DNA from: Rebecca billardiae RCC1528
Taxonomy: Eukaryota; Protista; Haptophyta
Direction of reading: 5' to 3'
DNA length: 64,000 nt
Assembly: GCA_965240325.2 (NCBI GenBank)
Contig: OZ251240.1
Coordinates: forward strand, 1,116,001 to 1,180,000
Shown piece after piece: positions 36,509-48,372 of the stretch. Made by a program: the position numbers and the translations under genes. Below the pieces are notes generated by a model. It was not told the DNA's origin. It did not search any database and saw only the letters and a program-made list of their open reading frames with translations. Every line of letters begins with the position of its first letter. Within the stretch, counting starts at the first letter, position 1.

Positions 36509-37225
36509 CTACGCTTCTGCTGTCGTCGGCGGGCCTCCGCTCCCAGCGTGGAGCGCGATGCGTGCGCGTGGCGGTGCGAGCGTCCCGGGAGCACCCGCGC
36601 TGTCAGTGTCAGTGTCACTGACAGCTGCGCTGCCTGCAGCGGCGCTGCTTCCGTCTGCAACACACTCCTCCCAATAGCGACCGAGCTGGTGGTAGGCGTG
36701 CAGCAGCTCTCGCACCTCGCGCAAGCTGAGCTCGTCGGCATGCCGCCCAACGAAGCGATGCGCCGACTCCGGCGGCGGCGCGTTGGGCGCACGCGGCGGC
36801 AGCGGTGCCGAGATGACGAAGATGGCGTGTGGCGCGCTCAGCCCCACATCCGCCTCCGCCTCCCTCAGCACAATCGCGTGTGCTTCGCAGCGTGACTCGC
36901 CGTCAGCGTGGAGCGTGATGGCACCGTCGGGCTCGAGCGCACCGGTGGAGCCATCGAGCGTCTGGAACCGCCTGCGTACGCCCGCTGCGCCGCCTTCGAG
37001 CACGACGGTGTGTGCACGCACGATCTGCTCGTCGCATGGCACGCCCGCCAGCGACTTGTCCTGCGGCAGCAGGAAGACGGCGCGGGCCCAGGGGAACGGC
37101 GACGATATGAGCGGCGCCGAGGTGAGAGCCTCGCGCAGCTGACCACTCTCGTCACGCACGAGCGCTGCGAGCAGCCGATTTCGCTCCAGTTCGAGGGCAA
37201 GGAAGGTTTTGAGCCCCGCCGCCAT
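36509..37225 (-). CDS. Hypothetical protein (238 aa), weak resemblance to the ANKRD27/VARP N-terminal region
   Basis: ATG-initiated ORF with globular-looking composition (FLLPQ..SL, AHTVV, FQTLDG); the family resemblance is an unverified impression. Confidence 0.55.
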   Translation of the reverse strand: MAAGLKTFLALELERNRLLAALVRDESGQLREALTSAPLISSPFPWARAVFLLPQDKSLAGVPCDEQIVRAHTVVLEGGAAGVRRRFQTLDGSTGALEPDGAITLHADGESRCEAHAIVLREAEADVGLSAPHAIFVISAPLPPRAPNAPPPESAHRFVGRHADELSLREVRELLHAYHQLGRYWEECVADGSSAAAGSAAVSDTDTDSAGAPGTLAPPRARIALHAGSGGPPTTAEA

Positions 37226-37317
37226 TGCTCGGCATGGCGCCGTGCCCGCGATTTGAATTTGCGAGGCCAGAGGTGCGCGGAGTCGGTTGGTAGCCCCCTG
37301 TCTTCCTGGACGTGCGC

Positions 37318-37734
37318 ATGGAGGCCGACCGGGAGCACGAGCTCAACCAGGTGGAGGACCAGTTCATCGCGGAGCTCTTCCGGCTCACGCGCCTCGTCGA
37401 TCCGAACCCGCTGCCCGGCGTGCGCCAGAGTCCGGAGGAGGAGAAGGCGCTGGCTGAGGCGCAGGAGCTGTGGGACGGGCTGCGGAGCGCTCAGCACCGC
37501 CGGATCCTGGCCAAGTGCCTCGCGTGCCTGTCGCTGCCGAACCCGACGTACTTCCAGGATGCCGCGACGTTCCTCATCTTCGTGCAGCCGTCGCTCTCCC
37601 CTGTGCTCCATGGCTGGGTCGAGCAGTCGCTGCGTGACACGCTCAACAGCGCGCCCTCTGATCTTGTCTCGCTGCACAAGGTGCTGCTGCGCGCGCTGTA
37701 CAGTCCGGGTGGCTACTCGAGGGCGCATTTGTGA
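37318..37734 (+). CDS. Small helical hypothetical protein
   Basis: ATG ORF with strong GC3 bias, head-to-head with the gene starting at 37225. Confidence 0.6.
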   Translation: MEADREHELNQVEDQFIAELFRLTRLVDPNPLPGVRQSPEEEKALAEAQELWDGLRSAQHRRILAKCLACLSLPNPTYFQDAATFLIFVQPSLSPVLHGWVEQSLRDTLNSAPSDLVSLHKVLLRALYSPGGYSRAHL

Positions 37735-39089
37735 CGACGGTTTGGGGCCTGGCTCTGGCTACGTGCGGCTCTCTGCGTCGCGCATGGCCTTGACAGAGGG
37801 ATGATGTTGTCAGTGGATGATGCATGCAGGCGCCCGCCGCGATGAGTTGCGCGCCGGCGCCACCAGGCGTGAGACTGAGTGACTGAGTGAGGCGCTGCCA
37901 GCCGCAGGCTCCGCGCGACCGGGCCGAGACGGCCGGAGGGACTGACTAGGACTACTTCGCCGCGGGCGGGCCGACTCGGCGGGCGGTGGCCACCACTGTG
38001 GTCGTGGCAAGCAAGCCGCCGATGATGCCCGACGGGCCGACGAGAGTCGAGTCCGAGCCAAACGCCTTCTTCGGACTGGCTTACGAGGTCGAGGCGGTAA
38101 GCTCCGCGCGGGCCTCCGCCGAACCCAGCGCCACAGATGCCATCGTCGGCGTCGCGAGGTACTGCGCCGATCTGGCGGAGATCCAGCGGCACGTAGCGGC
38201 GATCAAGCAGCCGCCGAGCCGCATCAGATGACGTGCACGAGGCGGCCTCATGGAGAAGCTCGTATCAATCACATCCGACAAGCCTACTACCCGATAACTG
38301 TCGATAAGCCACCCGCTGCTCGCCGACTTGCCGCCGACTACTACTCGCGCTGGCTCGTCATCAACGGGCGCGGCCTTCGAGCCGTCACCCGCGCCGCCCG
38401 CGGCTCGCGGCGCCGTCGCAGAGGTCGCGAGCTGCACACAACATGCACACCGACGCGAGCCGCTCGTACCACGTCGTGCCCGACGGGCCGTGCTCAGCGA
38501 CGGCTGCAAGTCTACGCGGTACGCCATGCAGTCGGTTGTGCCCTGCGCCGCTCGCCCCGCGCCTGCAGACCGGTGGGCCATCCGCGGTGCGTGCCGTTGC
38601 CGCGCCGTCGTGCCCGAGCGGCCGTGCGCAGCGACGACTGCATCGACGCGCGCCTCGCCGTGCGCGGCGTGCGCCTCGGTGGGCTGCGTGCAGAACCGCG
38701 GTGGCGGTGCGGTGCCGCGCTGCCGCGCCGCGCGCGCGCGCCTGCGACGCGCCACCGGATGATACCGTTAGTCAGCGCTGAACGGCCAATAATAACTCGT
38801 CCCATCGTCGTCGGGTCTGGTCTGCCGGCCCCTAACCACTTAGAGATAGAGAGCAGACGATCGTCTTACGATCTAGCTAGACGGAGAGACGCTGCTAGTT
38901 AGCAGTGAGTGCTACGGTGCTAACTAAGTGAGACGGACGAGAGGTACGCCCGGCGCAGCGTCATTGTCATATCGTCATCATCAGACATACTCATCAGTCA
39001 TCACAGCCTCGCACAGCGCTCGTTGTTGTTGACGACGCGATGACGATGCGGATAATAATGATCTCGTCATTGAATTGATTGATGATGAC

Positions 39090-41499
39090 TCAGCTGCTGC
39101 CGACCAGGCGGAAGCGCTGCGAGTGCGGCGACCCCGTTGTGGCCGCGCGCGAGGCGCCGGCGACCAGTTGCGAGAATGACGGGAAGCCCTGCTCGCCACG
39201 CAGCAGGCCGGTGGGTCGCGATCGCGCCGCCGCCGCCGAGGGCTGCAGCTGTGCGCGCAGCGTGCGCACCGACGTGGCCCCCTGCCCTGCTGGCACCCGA
39301 GCTCGGGGCTGCCCATGCGCCGCCTCGTCGGCTGCGCATGCGCGCTGCGCACGCCCAGCTGGCTGCGCGCGTGCCGGCGCCGCGACCGACGCGGTGGACG
39401 GTGTGGAGGGCGCCGAGCCCGCGCGCGCGGCGCCGCTCGACGCGCACGCGGCTGGGCGGGTCTGCGGGCGCGCAGCAGGCTGCTGCCCCAGGGGCGCAGC
39501 ATGGCCGTCGGTGTTATGGAGAGCGCTCGGCGCCGGCGCGGCTGCCGAGTGCCCCTTGCCCGGCGCGTGCGAGGTGGCGGCAGCGCCAGGCGGCTCGGCT
39601 GCGCGGCCAGCGCCGCGTCGAGCCGACGCTGCCGTGTCGAGCGGGTGCGCCGCCATCAGCGGCTGCTGCCGCCGCTGCAGCCGAGCGAGCGCCGCGGCCG
39701 TCGCCTGCGGCGAGGGCGCGCCGTTGGCGAGCGTGGTCCGGAGCGCGGTCGCGGACACCGGCCGCCGCCTCGACCGCGCCGAGGTCCGGGTGCCGGCCGG
39801 CGTCGGAGGCTCGCCGGCAGAAGCGTGCGCTCCGCCTGCGCGGACATCGGCGGTGGGCGCGGAGGGCCCACCGGCAGAGCCGTGCGGCGCGCGCGCGGCC
39901 GCGGCCGCGGCCGCATCGGCAAGCCTCAGCGCTCCGGCGGAGTGCGCCCCTTCAGGGCCCACCACCCACGCACCAGCCGTCGTAACGTGCGCCGGGTGCC
40001 CCTCTGGGCGTGGCGAGCGCGGCGTGTCGTCGTGCAGCGCCGGCGTGGCCAGCTGCAGCGCCGCGCGCGCCTGCGCCAGGCCCTGCAGCACAGGCGGCGA
40101 GGGCGGCGAGCTCGGTCGCGCGCGCGCCGTGTGCGGCCTTGCGCGCTCGCGCGCGAGCGCCGCCGAGGCCGGCGCGGGTGGGGGCGCCCGCACGCCGAGA
40201 TCGACGGTCGGCGGCGAGAACTGCGTGTGGCCGTGCACCACGCCGGCGGCCGCGGCGGCGGCGACCGCCGCGCTCGCCGCCGCGAGCCGGCGGTGCGCGT
40301 CGTCCGCCTGCGCGCGCAGCGCGCCGACATCCAAGGAGCTCAAGGGCGGCTGCGCGGAGCCTTGTGGCGCCGAGCCGGCGGCGCGCTCGGCGCGCGCGTG
40401 CCCGTACAGGGCGACGTCGTCTTCGAGCGGCGGCCTCGTGCTGCTGGCCGCGGCTGCCGCCTGCGCGTGCGGCCACATGGCCGCGCGGTGCGGCTGGCGC
40501 AGCTCGGGCTGCAGCGTGACGGGCGAGCCAGCAGCCGCCTCTGAGAGAGGGCGAGGCGAGTGTGCGGCCGCAGGCGGGCGCGCGCGCGCGGCCGCGCGCG
40601 AGTGCACGCTGATGGGCACCGAGCGCGCGCTGCGCGGCGAGTGGGTGCCCGATGCGCGGCCCGGCGTGCCGGCCTCGACCGAGCCGCGCCGCGCGCCACG
40701 ATCCGCGCGGCTGCCCCACGCCTGCCGCCGGCTGCCCTGTCGCCCCGCGCGCGGCGTCGTCGCTCCGGCCGCGGCCAGCGTGTCGGTCGACGTCGCCGGC
40801 GGCGCCTCGCCTGGCCACGAGGCGCCGCGCGCGAGGGCGGCCCGCGACGGCCCGCGCGCCGAGAGGGGCATCTGCTTGAGCAGCTGCACGTACGCCACGC
40901 CGTTCTTCGTCGTCAGCGCCAGCTCCGGCGCCACGCCGTCCGGAGGGCTCGGCAGCTCCGCAACTGCGGGGCTCTGCGGGCCAGGGCGCGCGCCGCCGCC
41001 CTCGCTGAACGCGAGCGCCTGAACGGCGGGGTCAGCGCGGTCCGACGCGGGCGAGCGCGGGCGGCCGCGCACCGTCGTGCGCGTGTCCAGTGTGGCGGGG
41101 ACCAGGTACGCGCGCGCGTACGCGGCACTCGACGGGCGTGGCGAGTGCACGCCCCGTGGCGCGGAGTACGGGGCGCGTTCGGCCGCTAGCGGCGCCGACC
41201 GCGGCGTGGGGGCTGCCGAGACCCGGCGAGGCGCGACCGGCGTGCTCACGGGGCTGCTCGTAGTGCGTTGGACGCGCGAGGCCCTCGGCCAGCTGTTTGC
41301 GCTCACCGGCCGCACCTTGGACGCGCGTGCGGCGCGCGGCTGCTTACTGCCGGGCGCCTTTGCCGCGTCATCGCCACGCGGCGTGGAGACGGCAGGGATG
41401 CGGATGACGGCATGCATGGCGGCGACGTGGCGGGTGGCATCCGCCTTCGATGAGCCCGCGCTCGCCGCGGCGGCGTCCCGCTCCACGCCTGCCTCGCCT

Positions 41500-41530
<31 letters not shown>

Positions 41531-41705
41531 ACGACGCGCGCACACCCGCCACCAGCAGGTGGTCCACCTCAGCATGGAGCGCGCGGAGGTCGGTGCGCGA
41601 GTCGGCGACGAGCTGGCGCGTGCGCCTGAGCTCGGCGTCCACCCGCAGGTGCGCACCTGCCCACGGCGGGTAGCGCTCGACGACCGCGCCGGCCAGGTCA
41701 TACAT
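39090..41705 (-). CDS. Low-complexity Ala/Pro/Ser/Arg-rich hypothetical protein with short coiled coils
   Basis: 871-aa ATG ORF; N-terminal helical segment (VDAELRRTRQLVADSRTDLRALHAEVD). Confidence 0.55.
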
Positions 41706-41998
41706 CGTGGCGGCCGGCCGTGGCGCCGTGCGCGCCCCCCGGCACGAGATCGATCGTGCAAATCGCGCAAGGTGCGCCCGGCGTGTTCACTGAGCAGTGG
41801 ATCTCACGTCCGGCCGCGGCGGCGCATTTTCAATTTCGTCAGCAGAGTCGTAGTAAGTAACGACCTTGGCATCGCCCTCGGAAGGCACCGGCAAAGAAAT
41901 AGAGGGGGTAGAACCGAAAGCTCTCCCGATTAATATGGTTTCAGACTGCTCGCTCCGGAACACCGGGCTTCAGCTTCGTCACGCCCTCAGGCGCGGAG

Positions 41999-43064
41999 AT
42001 GCCCTGGTTGCTCCTCGCCCTGCACCTCGTCGCAGCCGCGCTGACTCTCGGCTCGTGCAGTGCACGCCCGACGTGCAGCCCGGGGCTTGAAGCCATGCGA
42101 CCACGCAGAAACTCCACCGACCAAACCGACGACGCGAGCGGCGCCGGCGATGGTGTCTCCAGGTGCGCCCGCGACCGGGCCTGAGCGTCGAGCCCCAAAC
42201 TTGCCCGCGTGGCGCGCGACTGCCCAACACAGAGATACTGCGCGTAATTTCGTGTCCCTAAAGTATGGAGCCAGCGGGGCAGTGTGCTTACCCACCGCTC
42301 GAACCTTGAGGGACACGAATCTCACCCGTTTTGGCGCCCCCGAACCGCCCTCGTTTCGTGCGCACTACAGGTTGGCGGCGAACTGGTGGGTTGGGGATAT
42401 CAACATGGCAAAGGCGCTGGCGGAGCACCTGACGGGCAACGGCACGCCCCACGACATCATCAAAGACCGAGCGCGGCATGTCCCCGGTGTCGTAGACGGA
42501 CGGATGGTGTACTACGTGAAGCCGGCCGGGCAGCCGAGCTATCTATGCCCACCGGCTCCTGTTTTCCAGCTCGAGCAGTTGTTGGCGCCCCTCTACGAGG
42601 ATGGGGCTGTCGAGGAGCGCGCGCTCGCTGCATTGCTCGCACGCGACGAGTTCGCCGAGGTGCTGCGGTCTGTCGCGCCCACGGTGGGCGTGTCGCTCGA
42701 TTCGTCGGACGGCGCGCACGGCACGGAGCTCGAGCCTCGGGCGAGAACACTCGGCCTCATCCTCGCACACAAGCCGTTGCGCGTGAATGACCGGCGAGAC
42801 GCGGGCGGCGGGCTCGTGAGCGCGTATGCGCTTCTCGAACGAAAGCTCGGCGTCGGGCACCAACTCGCGCCTCCCGCCCCGCCGCCCCCTGCTCCGGAGG
42901 CACCGCCTCCAGGATGGATGAGGGCTGCGGCCGCCTCGCGGCGCGCCAGCGCCCGTCGTCCTCGCCCCACCGTCGTCCGCCACAAAACGTCGTCCTCCGA
43001 ACTCGCCGACTGGGCGCCGATGCAACAGCGCGCCGACAGGATGAGGATACGTATAGTCGCGTAA
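41999..43064 (+). CDS. Cargo gene: signal-peptide protein of unknown function; intron 42163-42232
   Basis: MPWLLLALHLVAAALTLGSCSA leader; a 70-nt GT-AG intron joins ORF 41999 in frame to ORF 42060..43064 (VS-R|DTARN). Confidence 0.7.
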
Positions 43065-43326
43065 TAATCTGCTATGTAATAAGTACGTACGTAAATTACA
43101 TACAGTAATCCGGCGGCGAGCGCTGCTACTAGCAGTAGCAGGACTCACAGTGACAGTGTCACTGCCCCGAGTCATACAGACACAGCAGTGCCCGGCGCCG
43201 TGGCGCGCTGCTCACCTATATGTATATATAATATATCTGTGACTACTGATATGATGACACGTGACGATATATATATCATCGATGACGCGCTAACTGACAA
43301 TCATTGATGATACATCGTAGTCGAAG

Positions 43327-45012
43327 TCACTCGTCGTCAGCATGATCGCCGCTCACAGCAAAGGGGTCTGCACTGCCGCCCGCGCTGGCTGCATTGCCGA
43401 AGCACGCCTGCACGCCCTTCGTGATCAAGTTGAGGTGCTCGACATCAGCACCGTCATTGACCTCGTCGTCGAGCAGGCAGCGCTGCTGCTCGCTCTCGAT
43501 GTCTGCGAAGAACGAGTCCACCATGCGCTCATCAGCCTTCACCTCCTCTGCTGACTGCCCTTCGCCATCAGCCTCGTCGACGTCTCCAAGCGCAATCGCC
43601 TTGGCAAGCGACTCACGATGCGTCAGCATCGCCTCGGGCGCCGGCACGCTGAGCTGGGCGCCGGGCGACTTCGCCGCGACCGTAGCGAGCTTGGTGCGCA
43701 GGTTGGCCCGCTGGCTCTCCACGGTGAGCGACGTGAACATGTGATCGAGAGCCGTGCGTGCAAAGTTCGGGCCGCGCACGCGCATGTACTTGTCCACGAG
43801 GAACTCGAAGAGGGCCAGCTGCTCCGCCTCGGCAGGCTTGGGGTCGGGCAGCGTGGCAGCGAAGAGCGCTGCGCACTCCGCACTAGCCAGGATGAGCTTG
43901 GACGCCTCGAGCATGATGTCGCCCCTGACGAGTGCGATGTGGTCCCGAGTGAGGACGGCGACGACGTGCTCCTCCATCCTCCACACGAGCATGAATAGCT
44001 CCTTGCGTGGGAGGTAGAGGGCAGAGTCGTGCACGTTGCGCCTGAGCGTACGCACCGACGGCAGATCCCAGAGGGACACGACATCGCTGCTCGCGAGCCC
44101 GTTCGCCTTGAGCCACGCGAGCCAAAAGGGCCCCGCTTCCAGGAGCGCCTTGGTACCGTGGCAAGCGGCAGCCTGCACCTTGCGCATGAGCCAGCCGGTG
44201 AGGTAGTACAGGAGCTGGGCGCGGAGGTCCTTCACATCCGGCGAGCAGGTCGGTGGCACCTGGACGGGTGGGTGGGCGGCGAGCTTTTCGCACGTGGCCG
44301 CGAAGAGCGCCTCGTCCAGCTCGTCCAGGAGCGCGACGTGCAACATGGGCCGAGCGTTCACAGCTGACAAGCTCCGGATCGCCTCCTCTGCGCGCGCCGC
44401 GTGCTCCTGGATAAACGCCTGTCGTGTCTCACGCAGCTCCGAGTGGAAGGCCGAGCGCACGTTGCCGATCGCCGTGGTTGACTTCGCGCGGTGAGTCGCC
44501 ATCACGTCGACCATGGCCCGCACGCGCTCCTCGAGCTCGTCCCCGAGCGCCGAGGCCAGCTTGTCGAAGCGGGCTGGCGTGGGATCACCCATCAACATCG
44601 CCGCATGAGAACTCGTCCGGCAGAACTCGACGGCGCGCTTGACGATGAGCGACCTGTCGCCTAGCTGCTTCAGCGTCGACTCGACGAAGCCGCTCACCGG
44701 CGCCAGCTTCACACGCTGGGGCGGATCGAGGTAGCGCTTGTACGCGAGGGCGATCTGCCGCTGGCTGAGCTTGTGCCGCACCTTGATGAGCTTCAGCTCC
44801 AGCACGCGGTCGATCTGCGGCAAGCCGTTGGCGTTCCCCTTCGTCTTCCTCTTCTCCCACTCGGCGCTCTTCGCCTGGAATACGGCGACGAGCTCCGCCC
44901 GTGCGGCATCGGTGAGCATGGCTGCGGGGATCAGGGGCGGACGACGCCAGTCTTTGCCAAGTGCGGCGGCGCGGAGCTGGGGCAAGCCGTCCGGACTCTG
45001 AAGCCCGGTCAT
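43327..45012 (-). CDS. Transposon-associated protein with P-transposase C-terminal-like motifs; no recognisable DDE core or THAP
   Basis: 561-aa intact ORF inside the TIRs; LYYLTGWLMRK, ALYLPRKELF and YMRVR recall the YIAGY..K / GL.YPS / Y.R.R motifs. Confidence 0.6.
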   Translation of the reverse strand: MTGLQSPDGLPQLRAAALGKDWRRPPLIPAAMLTDAARAELVAVFQAKSAEWEKRKTKGNANGLPQIDRVLELKLIKVRHKLSQRQIALAYKRYLDPPQRVKLAPVSGFVESTLKQLGDRSLIVKRAVEFCRTSSHAAMLMGDPTPARFDKLASALGDELEERVRAMVDVMATHRAKSTTAIGNVRSAFHSELRETRQAFIQEHAARAEEAIRSLSAVNARPMLHVALLDELDEALFAATCEKLAAHPPVQVPPTCSPDVKDLRAQLLYYLTGWLMRKVQAAACHGTKALLEAGPFWLAWLKANGLASSDVVSLWDLPSVRTLRRNVHDSALYLPRKELFMLVWRMEEHVVAVLTRDHIALVRGDIMLEASKLILASAECAALFAATLPDPKPAEAEQLALFEFLVDKYMRVRGPNFARTALDHMFTSLTVESQRANLRTKLATVAAKSPGAQLSVPAPEAMLTHRESLAKAIALGDVDEADGEGQSAEEVKADERMVDSFFADIESEQQRCLLDDEVNDGADVEHLNLITKGVQACFGNAASAGGSADPFAVSGDHADDE

Positions 45013-45142
45013 TTCAGTCCGGGAGGTGAGCTTTCGGTTCTACCCCCTCTATTTCTTTGGCACCGGGACCAACCGTGCGTGCGCCGAGCAGCCGACTTGG
45101 CGGAGCGTCGCGCCACCCCCAATCGCGGCAATTCGCGCGAGG

Positions 45143-47928
45143 ATGGGGGCGTCGCAGTCGCAAGCCGACGCAGTGCCGCCAAGCGACCACGTCGAGGCTA
45201 GACGGCTGCGCGAGGAGGAGCTCCAGCTGCGCATCGAGCGGTACCACGCGGCGCGTGCCGAGCTCGCCGCGACCGACGAGGACCGAGTGGCGACGGCCGA
45301 GTACGGCGAGGCCGCAGAGCGTGTGCAAGATGCGCTCCTCGAGGTGGAGAAGGCGCAGGACTTCCTGGCGCGGATGGAGGAGGAGCTCGAGCGCGTGGGA
45401 ACAACACGCACCGCGGCCGAGGACGCGCTCCGCGCCGCGCAGGTCGAGAAGCAGCGCGTGGACCGCGCGCTCGAGCGGCACAGCCAGCACGCCGAGTCGC
45501 GCGAGCAGTGGCACGAGATCGAGATCTCGTACGAGGCGGAAGAGTGGCTGGACACGGTGGAGGGGGTGGTGCAAGCGGCGGCAGCCGGCCCAGAGAGTCT
45601 GGAGATGGCGCTCGAGCAGGACGCGGAGATCGCCGAGATGTGCGCGCTCGTCGAGAGGGCCGAGCCCAGTCTCGCTTACGTGTTGCATGCGCGAATGGGC
45701 ACGGCGCTCGTGCGGAGCACGGAGGAGCCGGAGCCCGGCCTGGCCGTGCGCAGCGCCGCGGAGGAGCCGGAGCCGCCGCCGCCGCCGGCCGAGGTCGTGC
45801 GCAGCGCCGTCTTGCACGCCCGGCGCATGACGAGCGCGGAGGAGGCGGGGCAGGTCCTAGGGCTGCTGACCACGCCGCTCCCTCTTCTGTTCCCGCACGA
45901 GAAGTGGGCGGGCCTTCCGGACTCCGTCCCCAGGCAGGTGTACGCGCGCGTGCTGATCGAGGCGCAGAGGATGTTCATCGGGATGGGCGATCCGGAGGCG
46001 CCGCGGACGGACGAGTTCTGGGCGGAGGTCGAGGGCTTGACCACGCGGCGGCTGCGCGTGGCGCACGCGCAGCACGAGGCCATTCGTCGCCTGCCGCGCC
46101 CAGACTCGAGCCCGCTGGCGGTGTACAACCCGCGCGCGCACTTTGGCTTTGTCAGCGGCGCGGCGCAGTCGTCCACGCCGCCGCTGCACGCCGCGCTGAG
46201 CGTGTGCCGGCTGCGCGAGCGGCCGGCGTGCTGGCTCAAGCCCAAGGACGAGGCCCAGTCGGGCCACGTGAGCCGCCCACTCGAGATCCGCACGCGCCCC
46301 GCGCGCTTCTTCCACCTCGACGGCGAGCTGCTCGCGCTGAGCGGCGACAAGCGGCACAACGAGCTGTGCGATTCCCACCACTTCCTGGGCTGGGCGAGAG
46401 TGCCCGCGCCCGTCAGGCCGCTGGACGAGTGCGTCACCCTCTCCGACCTGACGGATGCGCGCGGCCGACCGCTGTACGACATGCCGGGCGGCCGGTACGC
46501 GCCGCTGCGCGCGCCGCAGCTCATGACGGGGCGCGTGCTCGCCGAGGCGGAGGCCGGGCGCGTGTGGGGCGTGACCGAGGGGCACGCGAGCGTGATCGTG
46601 GGCGTGGACGTGCGCTCGAGGCGGGAGGTGGCGCGGCTGAGCCTCCCGGCGGAGGTGCGCGCGTGGTGCGAGCGGCACAGGTTTGCCGCCGCGCACATCA
46701 CGCGCTGCGGCGACAGCCTCGTCGGCACGGCGGGCGGCGGGCAGCTGCACGTCTGGAGCGTCTGGGCGGCCGTCGACGGATTCGCAGAGGCGAGCAAGGC
46801 GCTCGCGACCACGCCTGCGGCCGGCGGGAGTGGCGCCGCGCCATCTGACGCGGCCTGGGACGACGATTCGGACAACCGCTCGGACGACTTTGATGACCTG
46901 TGGGAGAGGGCGAGGCCGGCTCAGACGAGGGCGGCGAGACGCGGCCGAGCAAGCGGGCGCGCCCGCTCCGGCCGGCCGCGCCGCCCGCCGCCCACGAGCC
47001 GATCGCCTCCATCCCCCTCGCGCCCGAGGGCGGCCGCTTTTACTCGGGCTCGTGCGAGCGGCTGCGGGACCAGCTCGTCGTGGTCGCACCTCGGGAGTGG
47101 CAGAATAGGCTCAGGCCGAGCGCGGAGAACGCGGCGGACGAGCCGCCTCAGAGGCAGTACAGCTCGCTCCGAGTGGTGGACGCGCGCGCCGAGCGAGTGT
47201 GCGCGCTGCTCGCAGGGCACATGCGCCCGCCGCGCGTGAGCGCGCAGCTCTGCGCAGGCTCGCACTCGCTCGTCTTCTCGGCGGACACGAGCCACGTGGC
47301 GCTTGTCTTTGACCTGCGCGCCTCGCGCCCCGCCATCGCAATCCCAGACTGCGTGCAGCTGCCCGTCTGCCCGAGCGCCTCGCTGCATCACGTGGCTGGG
47401 CTGAGCGGCCCGCCCGGCGTGCTCGGCGTGCCCACGGACGCCGCGACGGTGGCGTTCACGTGGCACGACGGGGCCGAGTGCGTGCGCGCGTTCGACCTGC
47501 GCCAGCCCGCGTGCCACGCATACACGCTGAGCACGGCCAACCTGAGCGTGCGCGACCTTGCGTGGCACGAGCCGAGTGGCTCGCTGCTCGTGCTCACGGA
47601 GAACCGGCACTCGCTCACGCACGGCAGGGCGGCCGCGTACAGGTACGGCGACCGGCTCGAGGATTCGGAGGAGGAGAACCTGCATTACGCCAAGGGGCCC
47701 TGGCCGCCGCGCGCCCAGTTCTCACCCGGTTACTTCCCCGAGCCTCGGTTTGACCTCTCGCACGAGTACGTGCAGGGCGACTACTACCCCATCCTGCAGT
47801 ACCCGTTCCTGAATGGGAGGAGGACGATGGGGCAGCCGCCGCCGGCGGGGCTGCGGTCCGACGCGGCGGTGGAGCCACCCCCGATGCCCGGGCCGACGCC
47901 CTCGTCGACGAGCCCCACCGCCACCTGA
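45143..47928 (+). CDS. Coiled-coil plus beta-propeller-like protein, frameshifted near 46900 (pseudogene or assembly error)
   Basis: MGASQS myristoylation-like start; coding-like frame switches at GACCTGTGGGAG with no usable intron; WD-like segments (LHVWSV, LVFDLR, VRAFDLR, VRDLAWHE). Confidence 0.6.
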
Positions 47929-48339
47929 CTGACGGCTACCGACGCTCGGGCGCGTGGCCCGCATCGTACAGTTTGCGGACAGCGGATGATGTAGAGCCGT
48001 GGCTGGTCGCGGGTCGGCGATCGCCGCGCTTGGCCTCGTCGCCGGTCGGCCCGGTCTCCCTCCGGCCCCGCCTCGCCGTCGCCATCGGGCCAGCCGACTG
48101 ATCCGCCGCATCGGCATGCATCGGCAGCGATATACCATCAGCGGCATTTTCCGTCTTGCCGAAACATATCATTCGATCATATAAATAACAGCAGTAAGCA
48201 GTGACTCATCATCAGTTATTAAATAATGGCCCGCCTGCTAAACAGTAGTAGTATATATATATATATATACTATATATATATAAGACCTTAGAAGTGCGCG
48301 CCGCGCGCGCGCGCGCCGCCGCGCGCGCGACCGCTCTCT

Positions 48340-48372
<33 letters not shown>

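Larger units (their letters stand above)
41892..45059. mobile_element. P-superfamily-like non-autonomous DNA transposon carrying two convergent genes
   Basis: Perfect 32-bp TIR CAAAGAAATAGAGGGGGTAGAACCGAAAGCTC (41892-41923 / 45028-45059); 7-bp TSD GCACCGG (41885-41891 / 45060-45066); CANRG terminus. Confidence 0.9.

Noticed and set aside
37986-38902. Short ORFs on both strands
   Set aside because: No consistent gene model or recognisable motif.
39079-41022. Long antisense or alternate-frame ORFs (also 23500-24879, 34134-35546, 51644-53404, 61585-63573 and others)
   Set aside because: Shadows of real genes caused by extreme GC and scarcity of stop codons; Arg/Ala-rich with no motifs.
45026-45142. 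ORF-track N-terminus of the 737-aa ORF
   Set aside because: It runs through the transposon TIR and TSD; ATG 45143 is the plausible start.
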